From contig MCFE01000058.1 in NCBI GenBank assembly GCA_002104905.1, positions 62,001 through 126,000 on the forward strand: a stretch of DNA of 64,000 bases, written 5' to 3'. Below are positions 24,560-38,700 of this stretch, one piece after another (position 1 is the first letter of the stretch; each line of letters begins with the position of its first letter). A program made the translations under genes and the position numbers. The DNA comes from Basidiobolus meristosporus CBS 931.73. Its lineage: Eukaryota > Fungi > Basidiobolomycota. Under the pieces are notes generated by a model, which was given only the letters and a program-made list of their open reading frames with translations, did not search any database and was not told the origin of the DNA.

Positions 24560-26173
24560 AGACTTGTTCCATTGTACCATGCCAGAGCATGCAGCACAAT
24601 CTGTGGTCTCTAAGAATGATTATGTCTAATATTATAGCTACCAGTAGGCAGGGTTGCACTTGGGCAATTTTGCACCATGTGGGACAGTCTTGCACACTAT
24701 GGCACAATCTGACACAATGAGGTTAGCATGGATGATTGCACCAACTTGTAATGTTTGCATCACATATGCAATTGGATACTGCCATTATGGTAGGTAAAAT
24801 CTGGTATTTGGGTATGTTTTTTTAATGTAAATGGATATATATGTATATCACACTATAAACTACACTGCTACTTTTCACTTTGATTACCATCACTCCAATT
24901 GGATGGTATATCAGCGGCTAAGTGGTACAAAAGTATCCTGAAGCTGGCAGCCCCAATTGGCTCTTTGATCAATACACAAGCTACCTGATTTACCATCAAA
25001 TATCCTGTTTTACCAATTGTGCATGTAAATCCCTGATTCTAGAGATTGGACAAGGTGTCATTGCTAACATGCAATCAATTGAATAGGTGCAAAACAGATC
25101 TATTGGCTGCACTGGTGTAACATATAATGTATATATATGCAGGGTGCTTATTTATAGGGGTTCTTGCTCAAATGTGAGACAACCTTGATATTGCTTTTAT
25201 CAAAAATTTTTGATCACTGAATTGTGATGGCTTGATTTGGACTGCAAAAAAAAGCATTGTTTGAATTATGACAAATAATTGTGATTCAATGCAATTGCAT
25301 TGTCTTCTCCTAGTTATTTGTAGCACAGGGATTACTACTGGAGCATTTTTTAGCAATTTACTTTGCACACCTAACCTACTTCCTTGTTGACTGTCCTCCT
25401 GACTACTGGTGTATTTGTAGTCAGTATTTTGCTTCCTAGTTGATGAGTGCAATGCTGCTGCTTGGCTGCGCTTAATTACTCCAGATGATGCTACTGGACC
25501 AGCCTGCAGTTCTATGCACTGAAATGTTCTTTTACCTGCCAAAGGCTCTGGTGGTAGAGGCAGTTCATTTGGGTCATCATCCGTTGCCACTTGTTGACAT
25601 CCCTTGGCCTGCTCCAATGAACTTGTGTATATATGGGCAGTTGGGCAGGTTCTGGTGGTTTTGCTCTGAAGCACATGCATTGACCCAACATGTGCTGACA
25701 CAATGTGGGGCACTCTTGTGAAGGGTGTTGGCATAGTTTGAACTGATGTGTGCTGGCATGATGAAGTTGCAAGGGATGGTAAGGAATTCAGCAAGGTGTG
25801 CTGGTGCAATCTAGACGCTGTTGCTTGCGGTCTGTACTCTTCCTCTTAAAGCTCACCTTTTGATTCCTTAAGGTGTTCACTTACACTCTGTCTGATGCTT
25901 TGAAACTGGTGCCTGGATGAGTTGTGTGTATATTGCTCTCAGAAGCCACCTAGGTATACTAACATATCACATAATACATTAATCATTTGAGGCAAAAACT
26001 TGAACAAAATCTCTTGGTGCCCAGAGTTGAGGCACAAACAGACACATCCAGCCGGCACTGCATAAATTCCTGCAAAATTATTCCTGCATGGCTTCCTCAG
26101 CAAATCTCTTCACTCTCAGCTCATTCTTGATTTCAATAGTTGTCTTGTTATTTATCTTCTTACATACATACAG
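24560..26173. mobile_element. End of a TIR DNA element (AGACTTGTTCCATTGT) plus ~1.6 kb of unassigned internal sequence
   Basis: The first 19 nt match the right TIR of the MITE at 59142-59352 (one mismatch). Subterminal GCACAAT repeats. Flank is AAT. The other end was not found. Contains the unidentified 213-aa ORF 25168-25809 (-). Confidence 0.55.
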
Positions 26174-27165
26174 TGTTGATATATTGGACAATTTGGTGTC
26201 ATTCTGCTGCTAAAAATTTACTTAACAATTCTGGACTTGTCTTGGTCACTGTGGTACTGATTTACAGCTCTAACTTTGCCGCTTTCATCAGATCTATGAC
26301 CTTATGATTATTCTGTTGCAATTTAAGAAGTGATTTGGATATAAGGAACCTATCAAGAAGTAGTGATAATAGTTGAACTGTTGTTTATTCATAAAGAAGC
26401 TAAGTATTTATACCTTTGTAGAAGTAATACAGCTGCAACACTAAGTAGGGAGGGTTTCTCAATATTCAGGAGCATTCTGTAACAGTTTCAGGGTTAGTAC
26501 ATAATGTTTGGTAATAGTGCTAATTTGATCCTGACTATAGAGGAATAATCATAAGATCATATATCTGGAGAAAGTGGCAAAGTTAAGGCAGTAAATGAGT
26601 CCTACAGTGACTAAGACTAGCCTAGAATTGTTGGAAAAATTTTTAGCTGCTGAATGATACCAAATAGTCCAATATTTCAACACTCCCCCTCAACTAAATA
26701 ATTTCTTAATCCCAATTTCTCTCTAAGGATCTCAAACTGTGGCCAAGCTAGTGGTTTTGTCAATATGTCTGCCACCATTTTGTCAGTTGGGCAGTAAACC
26801 AGCTCCACTAAGTTATTTCTACAGCTTCCCTCACAAAGTGATGCTGTATATCAATGTGCTTAGTTCTGGCATGATTAGTAGGATTTCTAGCTAATGAAAT
26901 ACAACTTTGATTATCCTTGTAAATACATGTTGGTTCACCTGAATTAAAACCTAAGTCTTTGAATAATTTTTGTATGCCATAAAGCCTCCTTAGTTGCTTG
27001 ACATGCAGCCATATATTTGGCTTCAGTTGTAGATAGTGCCACAGTTGGTCATTTCTTGCAATTCCAAGTAATAGCTGCACCAGCATAAAGAAATACATAG
27101 CCTGTGGTAGAGCGTCTGTCAATCAGATCCCTACCCCAATCTGAATCACTATAACCATTGAATTT

Positions 27166-28824
27166 TCACCTACTAGCTGTTCCAGAGTATTCCAGTACCA
27201 TATTTATGGTACCTTGTAGATATCTGAAAATCCGCTTAACTGCTGCAATTTGATCTGATCCATAACTCTGCATGAATTGACTGACTATTCCAACTGCTAC
27301 TGCAATGTCTGGACATGTAGACACCATCAAATACATTAGGCTACCAACCATTGATTGATAGAGAAAGTTTTGGTCCATATTTGAGCTGTTTTCATCTATA
27401 ACTGGCTGAGATTTGCTTAATTTCAGGTTATTGTCCATAGGGGTTGCTGCAGGCTTGCAATTTTCCATTTTGAAGCATCTAAGAATGTCCCTGATGCACT
27501 TAGACTGATTCAGCACAATTTTCTGCGTAGGTATGTCAAATCTGACCTCAATTCCAAGAAAATAGCTCAATTTTTCAAGATCTTTCATCTCAAACTTGCT
27601 GAAAAGATCTGATTTCGTCTGTTTAAGTGCCTCTTGATCACTTGTAGCAATAATTAGGTCGTCCACATAAAGAACTACAATGATCACACCCTTTTTGAGC
27701 TGTTTCACATATATACTGTGATCTGCAGTGCTACAAGAGAACCCCATTTCCACTAGATATGTGTCAATCTTGTTATACCATGCTCTGGGTGCCTGCTTAA
27801 GCCCATACAACAATTTTCTAAGTTTGCACACCTTATGGGGGCTTTTTGGATTGGTAAAACCTTCTGGTTGCTCCATATATATAGTTTCTTGCAAATCCCC
27901 ATTTAGAAAGGCTGTTTTGATGTCCATTTGGTGTAGATCTTGACTGTGCACAGCTGCCAGGGCTAGAACTGTCCCAATAGAGTTGAACTTGGCAACCAGA
28001 GCAAATGTTTCCTTAAAGTCTAGTCCCTGGATCTGGGAATAGCCTTTAGCTACCAATCTAGCCTTGTACCTATCAACGGCACCATTTGAGGTTATCTTGA
28101 TCTTGTAGACCCATCTACATCCTATTGGCTTTCTCCCATTTGGTAAATCTACCAGTTCCCACGTTTTTGCCTTGATCAGTGATTGGTACTCCTCCTGCAT
28201 GGCTTGTTGCCACTTAGTAGCATCTGGACCTTGCATTGCCTGTTCCAGATTCTGAGGTTTGGCACATAAGGCAAGATAAGCTTCTTCACAATCATTGGAT
28301 TTCTGCCACCAGGATCCAGGGGCATTTCTTATTCTGGTAGATCTCCTAACTGGGATAATCTGTTCTGATCTGGAACTGGTAGAAGTATCTTCCATCTCTG
28401 GCTGGATTTGGTACGTATCTTCTTCATTTGTGTTGATTGCATCATCAGGCAGCTGGCCAATGATTTCTGTGGCTTTCTGATCTGAATTCTCCTTAAATAC
28501 AATGTCCCTGCTCTTGATCAGCTTCTGAATTTTGCCATCATACACTCTATACCCTTTAGTATCTTCACAATACCCAAGAAAGATCCCTTTTCTACTCTTT
28601 GGTTCCAACTTTGAGCGTTTTTTGTCAGGGATGTGATAAAAAACATCACTGCCAAAGATCCTGAGGTGCTGGAGATCTGGTTTTTTGCCTGTATATGCTT
28701 CAAAGGGTGTAAAATCATGTAGTGCTGTTGTTGGGCAACTGTTCTTGATGTATACAGCGGTAGCAACAGATTCAGCCCAAAACTTGTAGTCCATTCCCTT
28801 ATCATGTAGCATAGATCTTCCCAT
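27166..28824 (-). pseudogene. Copia pol fragment (integrase C-terminus + reverse transcriptase, 552 aa)
   Basis: [60 protein letters not shown]. Separated from the upstream ORFs by stops or frameshifts (e.g. TAG at 28867-28869). Confidence 0.95.
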
Positions 28825-29931
28825 CTCTACTATTGTTTTATTTGCATGTTCTGCTACTCCATTTTGCTATGGAGTATGAGGAACTGTGGTCTGTTGAAGA
28901 ATACTGGTAGACAAGCAGTATTTTGCAAACTCCTTTGAGCAGTATTCTCCTCCATTGTCCCTTTGTAGTACCTTCAATTTACTCCCAGTTTGTGTTTCTG
29001 CCCTGTTCTTGAAGTGCTTAAATGTCTCTAAAGCTTCATCCTTTGTTTTGAGGAAGTACACCCATGTATATCTTGTCTTGTCATCAATAAACGTCATAAA
29101 GTATCTCTTGGCTCCAAAAAACAGTGTTCTCATGGGGCCACATATGTCTGAGTGTACAATAGCCAATATTTTGGTGGTATTGATGCCTTCTGAGCTCTTG
29201 AAACGTTGCCTAGCTTGTTTGCCATATGAACATCCCTTACAAACATTCAATTCGATTGGAATTGAGTATTTTAGGCCCAAAACAAGCTGATTTTTCACCA
29301 ATTGGCTCATTTTCTGTTCCCCTATATGTCCTAGCCTCCTATGCCACGTCTCCCAGTTGGTTTCATCAGTTTCAGCAATGTTGACATACTCAGGTACAAT
29401 GATCTTGCATTGTAACTTGTATATATTGTGCTCTCTAATTCCCAAAGCTAATTTTTGTCCATTTTCACTCAATATTGAGCAGCTCAGCTTAGTAAAAACA
29501 AATTTCAGTCCCTGAGTAGTTGCTTTACTGACTGAGAGTTGGTTCTTAGCTATTCCAGGTACATAGAGTATGTCAGTCAGTTTTGCTGTTGTTGTTCCTG
29601 AGTTATCACTCATATTTAGTTGTATAGACCCACTGGTGGTAGCTTCAAATGCAGAGTTATCTCCCAGATAAACCTTTCTTACGGGAATAGTCTTTCAGTT
29701 GCTGAACCAATCCTTTATACCACAAATATGCTGTGATGCTCCAGAGTCAATATACCATTCATTACTTCGGTTACTTGCACTCTCTTGTACAGTGACAAAT
29801 AACTGTTCATCAGTAGTTATATGGTTTGCCTGCTCTAGTTTCTGTTTTTTGTCTGCTTGTTTCTTCTTGCATTCTCTTACCAAGTGTCCTGGCTTCTTAC
29901 AGTAGTTACAGCAGCCAGGTTTTCTTTGGTT

Positions 29932-30594
29932 TTATTGCTTTCCCTTCTTTTCTGTATGCCTTTCTGAACTGAATAAAGCATTATCTTCAATTTTCTCTGC
30001 TTGATCATTACGTCTGAGTTCTTCATCAAGAACTCTTCCTTTGACATAGTCTAAAGTCAAGTTGTCTTCTCTGCTTTCAAAAGAAAGTATGAGTGGCTCA
30101 TACTCATCTGGTAGGCTGCAAAGCAGACAGGGTATCTTTTCTTCATCATCTAGACCAGCATCAATACTGTAAAATTCTTCTGCAAGTGTCTCCATTCTGG
30201 TAATGAGTTGTAGCATGTCATCATCTGGCTTTTTTCTCATGTTGAAGAATTTTTGTTTCAAATAAAGCTTGCTTGATACTGACTTTGCTCTAAAGATCTT
30301 CTCTAGGGATTCCCATGCTGCTTTGGCAGTATTTGAGGCATGGATTTGTCCAATGAAGGAGTCTTGCACATTGATGCATATTGCATTGAAGACCTTTCTC
30401 TCCTTCTCTTGAAACTTCTCCACATCTTCTGCTGTTCCTTTGGGCTCAACTTCCTTTCCTGTTACTATGTTCCAAAGCTTTCTTTCCTCAAGGTGGATCT
30501 GCATCTTGATTCTCCAAAGTCTGTAGTTCTTCCCATCAAACCTCTCCTTTACAGGGAAGATGTTGGTATTGCTTTGTTTGCTGGTGGAAGTCAT
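29932..30594 (-). pseudogene. Copia gag (220 aa, premature stop before the zinc knuckle)
   Basis: FDGKNYRLWRIKMQIHL...AKAAWESLEKIF...LLCSLPDEYE. The knuckle CCNYCKKPGHLVREC follows just after the stop. Confidence 0.9.
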
Positions 30595-33500
30595 CTTTAG
30601 AATAGATTAAGGCAATCGGGGCTGATAACCTGTTACAATTTAAGAAGTGATTTGGATATAAGGAACTTATCAAGAAGTAGTGATAATAGTTGAACTGTTG
30701 TTTATTCATAAAGAAGCTCAGTATTTATACCCTTGTAGAAGTAATACAGCTGCAACACTAAGTAGGGAGGGTTTCTCAATATTCAGGAGCATTCTGTAAC
30801 AGTTTCAGGGTTAGTACATAATGTTTGGTAATAGTGCTAATTTGATCCTGACTATAGGGGAATAATCATAACATCATATATCGGGAGAAAGTGGCAAAGT
30901 TAAGGCAGTAAATGAGTCCTACAGTGACTAAGACTAGCCTAGAATTGTTAAGTAAATTTTTAGCTGCTGAATGATACCAAATAGTCCAATATTTCAACAT
31001 ATTCCCCTATAGTCAGGATCAAACTTGCACTAATACTAACTATTATGTACCCACCCTGAAGCTGTTGCAGTATGCTCCTGAAAATTGAGAAACCCTCCTT
31101 ACTTAGTGTTACCACTGTATTACTTCTACAAAGGTATAAAAACTGAGCTTCTTTATGAATAAACAACAGTTCAACTATTTTCACTATTTCTTGATAAGTT
31201 CCTTATATCCAAATCACTTCTTAAATTGCAACAGGTCTTGAGCCCCAATTGCCTTAATCTATTCTAAAGATGACTTCTACCAGCAAACAGTACAACACAA
31301 ACATCTTCCCTGCAAAGGAGAGGTTTGATGGAAGGAACTACAGACTTTGGATAATCAAGATGCATATCCACCTTGAGGAAAGGAAGCTTTGGAATATAGT
31401 AACAAGAAAAGAAGTTAAACCCAAAGGAACAGCAGAAGAAGTGGAGATGTTTCAAGAGAAGGAGAGAAAGGCCTTTAATGCCATAAGTATCAATGTGCAA
31501 GATTCCTTCATTGGACAAATTGATGCCTGAAGTACAGCCAAAACAGCATGGGAATCCTTAGCGTAGATCTTTAGGCAAAGTCAGTATCAAGCAAGCTTTA
31601 TTTGAAACAAAAGTTCTTCAACATGAGGAAGAAGCCGGATGATGACATGCTACAACTCATTACCACAATGGAGACACTTGCAGAAGAACTTTACAGTATT
31701 AATGCTGGTGTAGATGATGAAGAAAAGCTATTCTGTCTGCTTTGCAGCCTACCAGACAAGTATGAGCCACTCATACTTTCTTTTGAAAGCGGAGAAGACA
31801 ACTTGACTTTAGACTATGTCAAAGGAAGACTCCTCCACAAAGAACTCAGATATGATGATCAAGCGGAGAAAATCAAAGATGATGCTTTATTCAGTTCAGA
31901 AAGGCACTCAGGAAAGAAGGGAAAACAACAAAACCAAAGAAAGCCTTGTTGCTGCAACTATTGTAAAACGCCAGGCCACTGGGCAAGAGATTGCAACAGG
32001 AAACAAACAGTCAAAAAACAGAAACTAGAGCAGGCAAACCATATAACTACTGATGAACAGTTACTTGTAACCGTACAAGAGAGTTCAAGTAACCAGAGTA
32101 ATGCATGGTATACTAACCCCGGAGCATCACAGCATATTTGAGTTATAAAGGAGTGGTTCAGCAACTTCAAAACTATTGCTGTAAGAAAGGTTTATCTGGG
32201 AGATAACTCTGCTCTGGAACCTACCACACGTGGGTTTATACAACTAAATATGAGCGATAGCTCAGGGGCAACTACAGCAAGACTCACTGATGCACTCTAT
32301 GTACCTGGAATAGCTATGAACTTACTCTCAGTCAGTAAAGCTACTGCTCAGGGACTGAAATTTGTTTGTACTAAGATGAGCTGCTCAATATTGAGTGAGA
32401 ATGGACAAAAATTAGCTTTGGGAATCAGAGATCACAATATAAACAAGTTACAGTCAAGATCATTGTTCCTGAGTATGTTAACATTGCTGAAACTGATGAA
32501 GCCAACTGGGAGACATGGCATAGGAGGCTAGGACACATTGGGGAACAGAAAATGTGCCAATTGGTGAAAATTGGCTTGTTTTGGGCCTTAAATACTCAAT
32601 TCCAATCAAATTGAATGTTTGCAAGGGATGTTCATATGGCCAACAAGCTAGGCAATGTTTCAAGAGCTCAGAATGCATCAACACCACCAAAATATTGGCT
32701 ATTGTACACTCATACATATGTAGCTCCATGAGAACACTGTCCTTCGGAGCCAAGAGATACTTTATGATGTTGATTGATGACAAAACAAGATATATATGGG
32801 TGTACTTCCTCAAAACAAGGGATGAAGCTTTAGAGATATTTAAGCACTGCAAGAACATGGCAGAAACACAAACTGAGTGTAAATTGAAGGTACTACAAAG
32901 TGACAATGGAGGAGAATACTGCTCAAAGGAGTTTGCAAAATACTGCTTATCTACTGGTATACGTCAACAGACCACAGTTCCTCATACTCCACAGCAGAAT
33001 GGAGTAGCAGAACGTGCAAATAGAACAATAGTCAAGATGGGAAGATCTATGCTACATGATAAGGGAATGGACTACAAGTTCTGGGCTGAATCCTTTGCTA
33101 CCGCTGTATACATCAAGAACAGATGCCCAATAACAGCACTACGTGATTCTACACCCTTTGAAGCATATACAGGCAAAAACCTGATCTCCAGCACCACACA
33201 ATCTTTGGCAGTGATGTCTTTTATTACATCCCTGACAAAAAATGCTCAAAGTTGAAACCAAAGTGTAGGAAAGAGATCTTTCTTGGGTATTGTGAAGATA
33301 CTAAAGGGTATAGAGTGTATGATGGCAAAATTTAGAAGCTGATCAAGAGCAGGGACGTTGTATTTGAGGAGAATTCAGATCATAAAGCCACAGAACTCAT
33401 TGGCCAGCTGCCTGATGATACAATCAACACTAATGACAAAGATACATACCAATCCAGCCAGATACAGAAGATACTTCTACTAGCTCAAGATCAGAACAGA

Positions 33501-35010
33501 TTATCACAGTTAGGAGATCTTCCAGAATAAGAAATGCCCGGGGATCCTGGTGGCAAACATCCAATGATCATGAAGAAGCTTATCTTGCCTCATGTGCCAA
33601 ACCTCAGAATCTGGAACAATCACTGATCAAGGCAAAAACGTGGGAACTGGTAGATTTACCAAATGGGAGAAAGCCAACAGGTTGTAGCTGGGTCTACAAG
33701 ATCAAGATAGTCTCAAATGGTGCCATTGACAAGTACAAGGCTAGATTGGTGGCTAAATGCTATTCCCAGATCCAGGGACTAAGCTCTAAGGAAACATTTG
33801 CTCCAGTTGCCAAGGTTAACTCCATTAGGACATTTCTAGCCTTGGCAGCTGTACACAGTCTAGATCTACACCAAATGGATGTCAAAACAGCCTTTCTAAA
33901 TGGGGATTTGCCAGAAACTATATATATGGAGCAACCAGAAGGCTTTACCAATCCAAAAGTACCCCATAAGGTGCGCAAACTTAGGAAATTGATGTAAGGG
34001 CTTAAGCAGGCACCTAGAGCATGGTATAACAAGATTGACACATTTCTAGAGGAAATTGGGTTCTCTTGTAGCACTGCAGATCAGTATATATGTGAAACAG
34101 CTCAAAAAGGGTGTGATCATACTAGTTCTTTATGTTGACAACCTAATTATACCCTCAAGTGATTAAGAGGAACTTTTACGGACAAAATCAGATCTCTTCA
34201 GCAAGTTTGAGATGAAAGATCTTGGAAAACTGCGCTATTTTCTTGGAATTGAGTTCAAATTTGAAATACCTACGCAGAATATTGTACTGAAACAGTCTAA
34301 GTACATCAGGGACACTCTTAGATGCTTCAGAATGGAAAACTGCAAAACTGCAAAACTGCAGCTACCCTTATGGACAATTACCTGAATTTAAGCAAATCTC
34401 AGCCAGTTATAGATGAAAATGGCTCAAAGATGGACCAAAACTTTACCTATCAATCAATGATTGGTAGCCCAATGTACTTGATGGTGTCTACACATCCAGA
34501 TATTGCAATGGCAGTTGGAATAGTCATTCAATTCATGCAGAATTATGGATCAGATCAAATTGCAGCAGTTAAGCGGATTTTCAGATATCTACAAGGTACC
34601 ATAAATATGGTACTGGAATACTCTGGAGCAGCTAATAGGTGAAAATTTGATGGTTATAGTGATTCAGATTGGGGTAGGGATCTGATTGACAGATGCTGTA
34701 CCACAAGCTAAGTATTTCTTTATACTGGTGCAGCTATTGCTTGGAATTGCAAGAAACAACCATTAGCTAAAATCCTACTAATCATGCCAGAAGTAAGCAC
34801 ATTGATATACAGCAGCACTTTGTGAGGGAAGCTGTAGAAAATAACTTAGTAGAGTTAGTGTACTGCCCAACTAAAAAAATGGTGGCAGATATATTAACAA
34901 AACCACTGGCTAGGCCACAATTTGAGAATCTCAGGGAGGAAATAGGAATACAAAATTATTTAGTTGAGGGGGAGTGTTGAAATATTGGACGTTTTGGTAT
35001 CATTCTGCAG

Positions 35011-35254
35011 CATTTGTGTGAACCAAGGATTCCAGGTGATTTCACACAACCAAGACTTAGAGATGCCTTTGAAGATGAACTCAGTCAGCTAGTTAGACAC
35101 CAGCTACTGGAACAATGACATCACAAGGCACAGGCCAAATTATCTTAAAGTGCAGAAAAGATGAGGCAGAGATTTGACAAGACTATATTAATGGAAGCAT
35201 TGGTGGTTGGGAACTTTGTATTGCTGAGAAACAAGACTAGGTAGAAGTTTGAGC
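35011..35254 (+). mobile_element. Gypsy family B integrase C-terminal fragment
   Basis: Colinear with ~52501-52742 (GAACCAAGGATTCCAGG...AGAAGTTTGAGC). Confidence 0.85.
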
Positions 35255-37620
35255 TGTTGCAATTTAAAAAGTGTTCTGGATACTAGGAACCTATTCAGAA
35301 ATAATGATAATAGTCAAACTGTTGTTATTGATATAGAATCTCATATTTTGTACCTTTGTAGAAGTAATACAACTGTAACATTAAGTAGAGAGGTTTTGTC
35401 AGTATTCAGGAGCATTCTGAAGCAGTTCAAGGGCTAGTATATAATGCCTAGTCAAAGTGCTAATTCTATCTTGACTATAACGGAGTAATAATAGAATCAT
35501 GTATCTGAAGAAAATGGCAAATTTAGGGCTGTAAGTTTGTCTTACTGTGACTGAGACTTGTCCAGAACTGTATAGTAAATCTTCTAGCTACTGAAAGATA
35601 GCAAATAGTCCAATGTTTCAGCACCCCCCTCAACAAGTTAATTGCTCACTCCTAATTGCTTTCTAAGAATCTGAAGTTGTGGCCATGCTAGTGATTTTGT
35701 CCATATATTTGCCGTCATTTTGTCAGTTAAGGAATAAACTGACTCTACTAAGGTATTGTCTACAGCTTCCCTTGCAAAGTGGTGTTGTATATCCATGTGC
35801 CTACTTCTGGCACAATCAACAGGATTCCTAGCTAATGAGATACAACTGCAATTGTATTTGTAAATACATATTGGTTTATCTGAGTGAAGACCTAGGAATA
35901 ATCTTCATAGCCATATAGCCTCCCTGGTTGCTTGAAAAGCAGCCATTTATTTGGCTGCAGTTGTAGTAAGGGCCACAGTTGGATGTTTCTTGCAATTCCC
36001 AGTAATTGCTGCAACAGCTTATAGAAGGACATACCCAATAGTAGAGCGTCTGTCAATTAGATCCCTACCTCAATCTGAATCATTATAGCCATTACATATA
36101 TGCCTATTAGTTTCTCTAGAGTATTCCAGAACCATAGTAATAGTACCTTGCAGATATCTGAAGATTTGCTCAACTGCTGCAATTTGATCAGATCCATTAA
36201 CCTGCAAGAAGCAACTGAGCATTCCAGCTGCAACTGCAATATCTGGATATGTAGACACCATGAAGTACTTCAAGCTACTAACCGTTGACTGGTAGAGAAA
36301 GTTGGGGTCCTTATTTAAGCTCTTTTCATGTGAAACAGGCTGATATTTGAGCAATTGCAGGCTATTTTACATGCGGGTTACTCCAGCCCTACAATTATCA
36401 ATTTGCAGTATCTAAATGTTGCTGATATACCTGGATTGATTCAGCACAATTTTTTCCTGGGTTATATCATGCTCGACTTTGATTCCAAAAGAATAGCTTG
36501 ATTCTCAAAGATCTTTCAGCTAAAACTTGCTGAAGAGGTCTGACTTTGTCTGTTTAGGTGCCACCTGGTCACTTGTAGCTGTAATTATATTGTCCACATA
36601 CAGTATCAGGATAGTTATCTTGTAGACCCAGCTACATGCTATTTGCTTTCTCTCATTTGGTATATCTACTAGTTCCCAAGTTTCTGCCCTGATTACTAAT
36701 TGGAACTCCTCCTGCTTTGCTTGTTGCTATATGGTGGCATCTGTACTTTGTATTGCTTGTTCCAGACTATGAGGTTTAGCACCTTAGGTAAGATAAGCTT
36801 CTTCATGGTTATTGGATGTCTGCCACCAAGATCCAGGGACATATCTTACTTTGAAGTCTTGAATTGCTGTTGTTGGGCATCTATTTTTGATGTATACTCC
36901 AGTAGCAATAAATTCAGCCCAGGACCTGTACTCCACTACCTTTTAATGTTGCAACGGTCTCCCCATTTATATTACTATTCTACTTGTACTTGGTTTTAGT
37001 GTTTCCCTTCTTTTTTGTGTCTTTCTGAGCTGAATAATTCATTAACTTCTATCTTCTCTGTTTGATCACTCTGTCTGAGTTGTAAATAGAAAAGTCCTCC
37101 TTTGACATAGTCTAAGGTCAGATTGTCCTCTCTGCTTTCCAACAAAAGTACAAGTGGCTTATACTTGTCAAATAAGCTGTAAAGAAGCCATTCTATCTTC
37201 TCTTCATCATCCACACCAGTATTAATACTGTAAAGTGCTTTTGCAAGAGTCTCTGTTGTGGTAATGAGTTATTGTTTGTCATCCTCTGGCATCTTCCTCA
37301 TGTTGAAAGGCTTTCTTCTTAAATAAATGTGCATGTTACTGGCTTTGCTCTGACAATTTTTGCTAAGGATTCCCATGCTACTTTGGCAGTTTTAGAAGCA
37401 TGAGTCTATCCAATGAAGGAAACCTGCACATTAACACATGAGGCATTAAAGGCTGCTCTGTCCTCTGGAAATTATTCAACTTCTTCTGCTGTTCCTTTGG
37501 GCTTGACTTTCATTCATGCTGCTGTATTCCCAAGCTTTCTTTCCTCAAGATGGATCTGCATCTTGATTCTCAAATGCTTGTAGTTCTTTCCATCAAACCT
37601 CTCCTTTACAGGGAAGATGT
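35255..37620 (-). mobile_element. Old, heavily deleted copia B-related element lacking the 5' LTR
   Basis: Diverged 369-bp LTR 35255-35623, PPT, RH/RT remnants, several deletions, gag remnant (ORF 36996-37214 ..SREDNLTLDYVKG..). Confidence 0.85.
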
Positions 37621-38036
37621 ATGTGTTGTTGTTGTGTATTAGTGCTTATCAAAGGTCTACTTTATCTTTTCTGCACTTTTAGATATTTTGGTCTGTGACT
37701 CCTGACATTTTTGTCTCAAAAGTTGGTGTCCACTAGGCTGACTCAGTTCATCCTCCAGGTTGTCAGGGAGTTATGGCTGTGTGATCCCTCTTGGAATTGT
37801 TGGCCTACATTTATACCATAAGTAAATTGGCAATTGGTGGATAGTGTTGTGCACTCTGACCCTGCAGGCAAGTATTACTAGGTTTATATTCTTGTCCCAT
37901 AAACTTACAGCTCCACTTGCATACTTTCTATGCAAATTTCTAAATACTTCATCAAAGTGTTCAGTGACATCTTAACTATTTTACCTATTCTGCTGTATTC
38001 TCCTATATATGACTTTCCTCTGCATTTACCAGCCAA

Positions 38037-38700
38037 TTAGCTGAATCTCTTTGGATATCCAAATATATGCTCTACCCTCACTCTGAAATGATCAAATATC
38101 TCATTGTAAAACATCTGCTTCCTGCTAAGTACACCATTGCTTGGCTTCCTATAAGCTGTAATACATCCTAATCTCTGACAATCCTCTCCTATATAAGCTA
38201 AATGTGCCATATATTTCTCTGCTCTACTAAATTCTGGGTGATTCTCTGCCCAGAGTGCATTGTTATGCCTACTTCCAGTAAATGGCCCACTAAACCAGTT
38301 GATGTTACCCTCAAAGTCAGACAGTGCCTGAAACTTCACAGAGTGTGCCTTGTACCGGCCAAATAAAAGTGCCACTGCCCTCTAGAAGTTCTGTTAATCC
38401 TGACTGGCAAGGTATCCAAAATACTCCTTATACTGAACCTGTTGCTGAGCACTCTGGGATATGGAAGTCAATTGGAGCTTCTGAACCTAGTATTCTAAGC
38501 TTGCTCTAAGTCATTCATACCCTCTGCAAGGTAGCTCTCCATTGCTGTCAGCTGGGAATGAAAGCTTCTAGGACTTTTGTTGCCATGGATAGTGGGATCA
38601 AACCTTGTGGGGCAATAGTTGTTGCAATGCAGAGAAGCTTAATAAGGGATCTCATTGAGTAGATTGGGGTGGATGGTCCACAGTACTGGGTATAGATCTC
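38037..38700 (-). pseudogene. DDE_Tnp_4-family (PIF/Harbinger/ISL2EU-like) transposase pseudogene
   Basis: SILDTLPVRINR..SRGQ (~38390-38430, frameshifted), YKAHSVKFQALSDFEGNINWFSGPFTGSRH[N], A[H]LAYIG, RKPSNGVLSRKQMFYNEIFDHFRVRVEHIFGYPKRF. The second and third catalytic Asp appear mutated. The 5' limit is approximate. Confidence 0.8.

Larger units (their letters stand above)
26314..30999 (-). mobile_element. Full-length copia family B element with TSD TATTC (youngest-looking copy)
   Basis: LTRs 26314-26682 and 30631-30999 (about 10-11 differences by eye, ~97%). TSD TATTC at 26309-26313 and 31000-31004. PBS 30618-30630. PPT after 26682. Confidence 0.97.
26174..35010 (+). mobile_element. Copia family B host element (defective); its 5' LTR is split by a same-family insertion
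   Basis: 5' LTR = 26174-26313 + 31000-31233; PBS 31234-31246; gag from 31270; pol to ~34960; PPT 34962-34974; 3' LTR truncated after ~36 bp (34975-35010). Confidence 0.92.

Noticed and set aside
6609-34360. 9-bp microtandems (ACAGCCTCC-like x4 at ~6609-6645; AAAACTGCA x3 at ~34334-34360)
   Set aside because: Ordinary slippage expansions private to single decayed copies.
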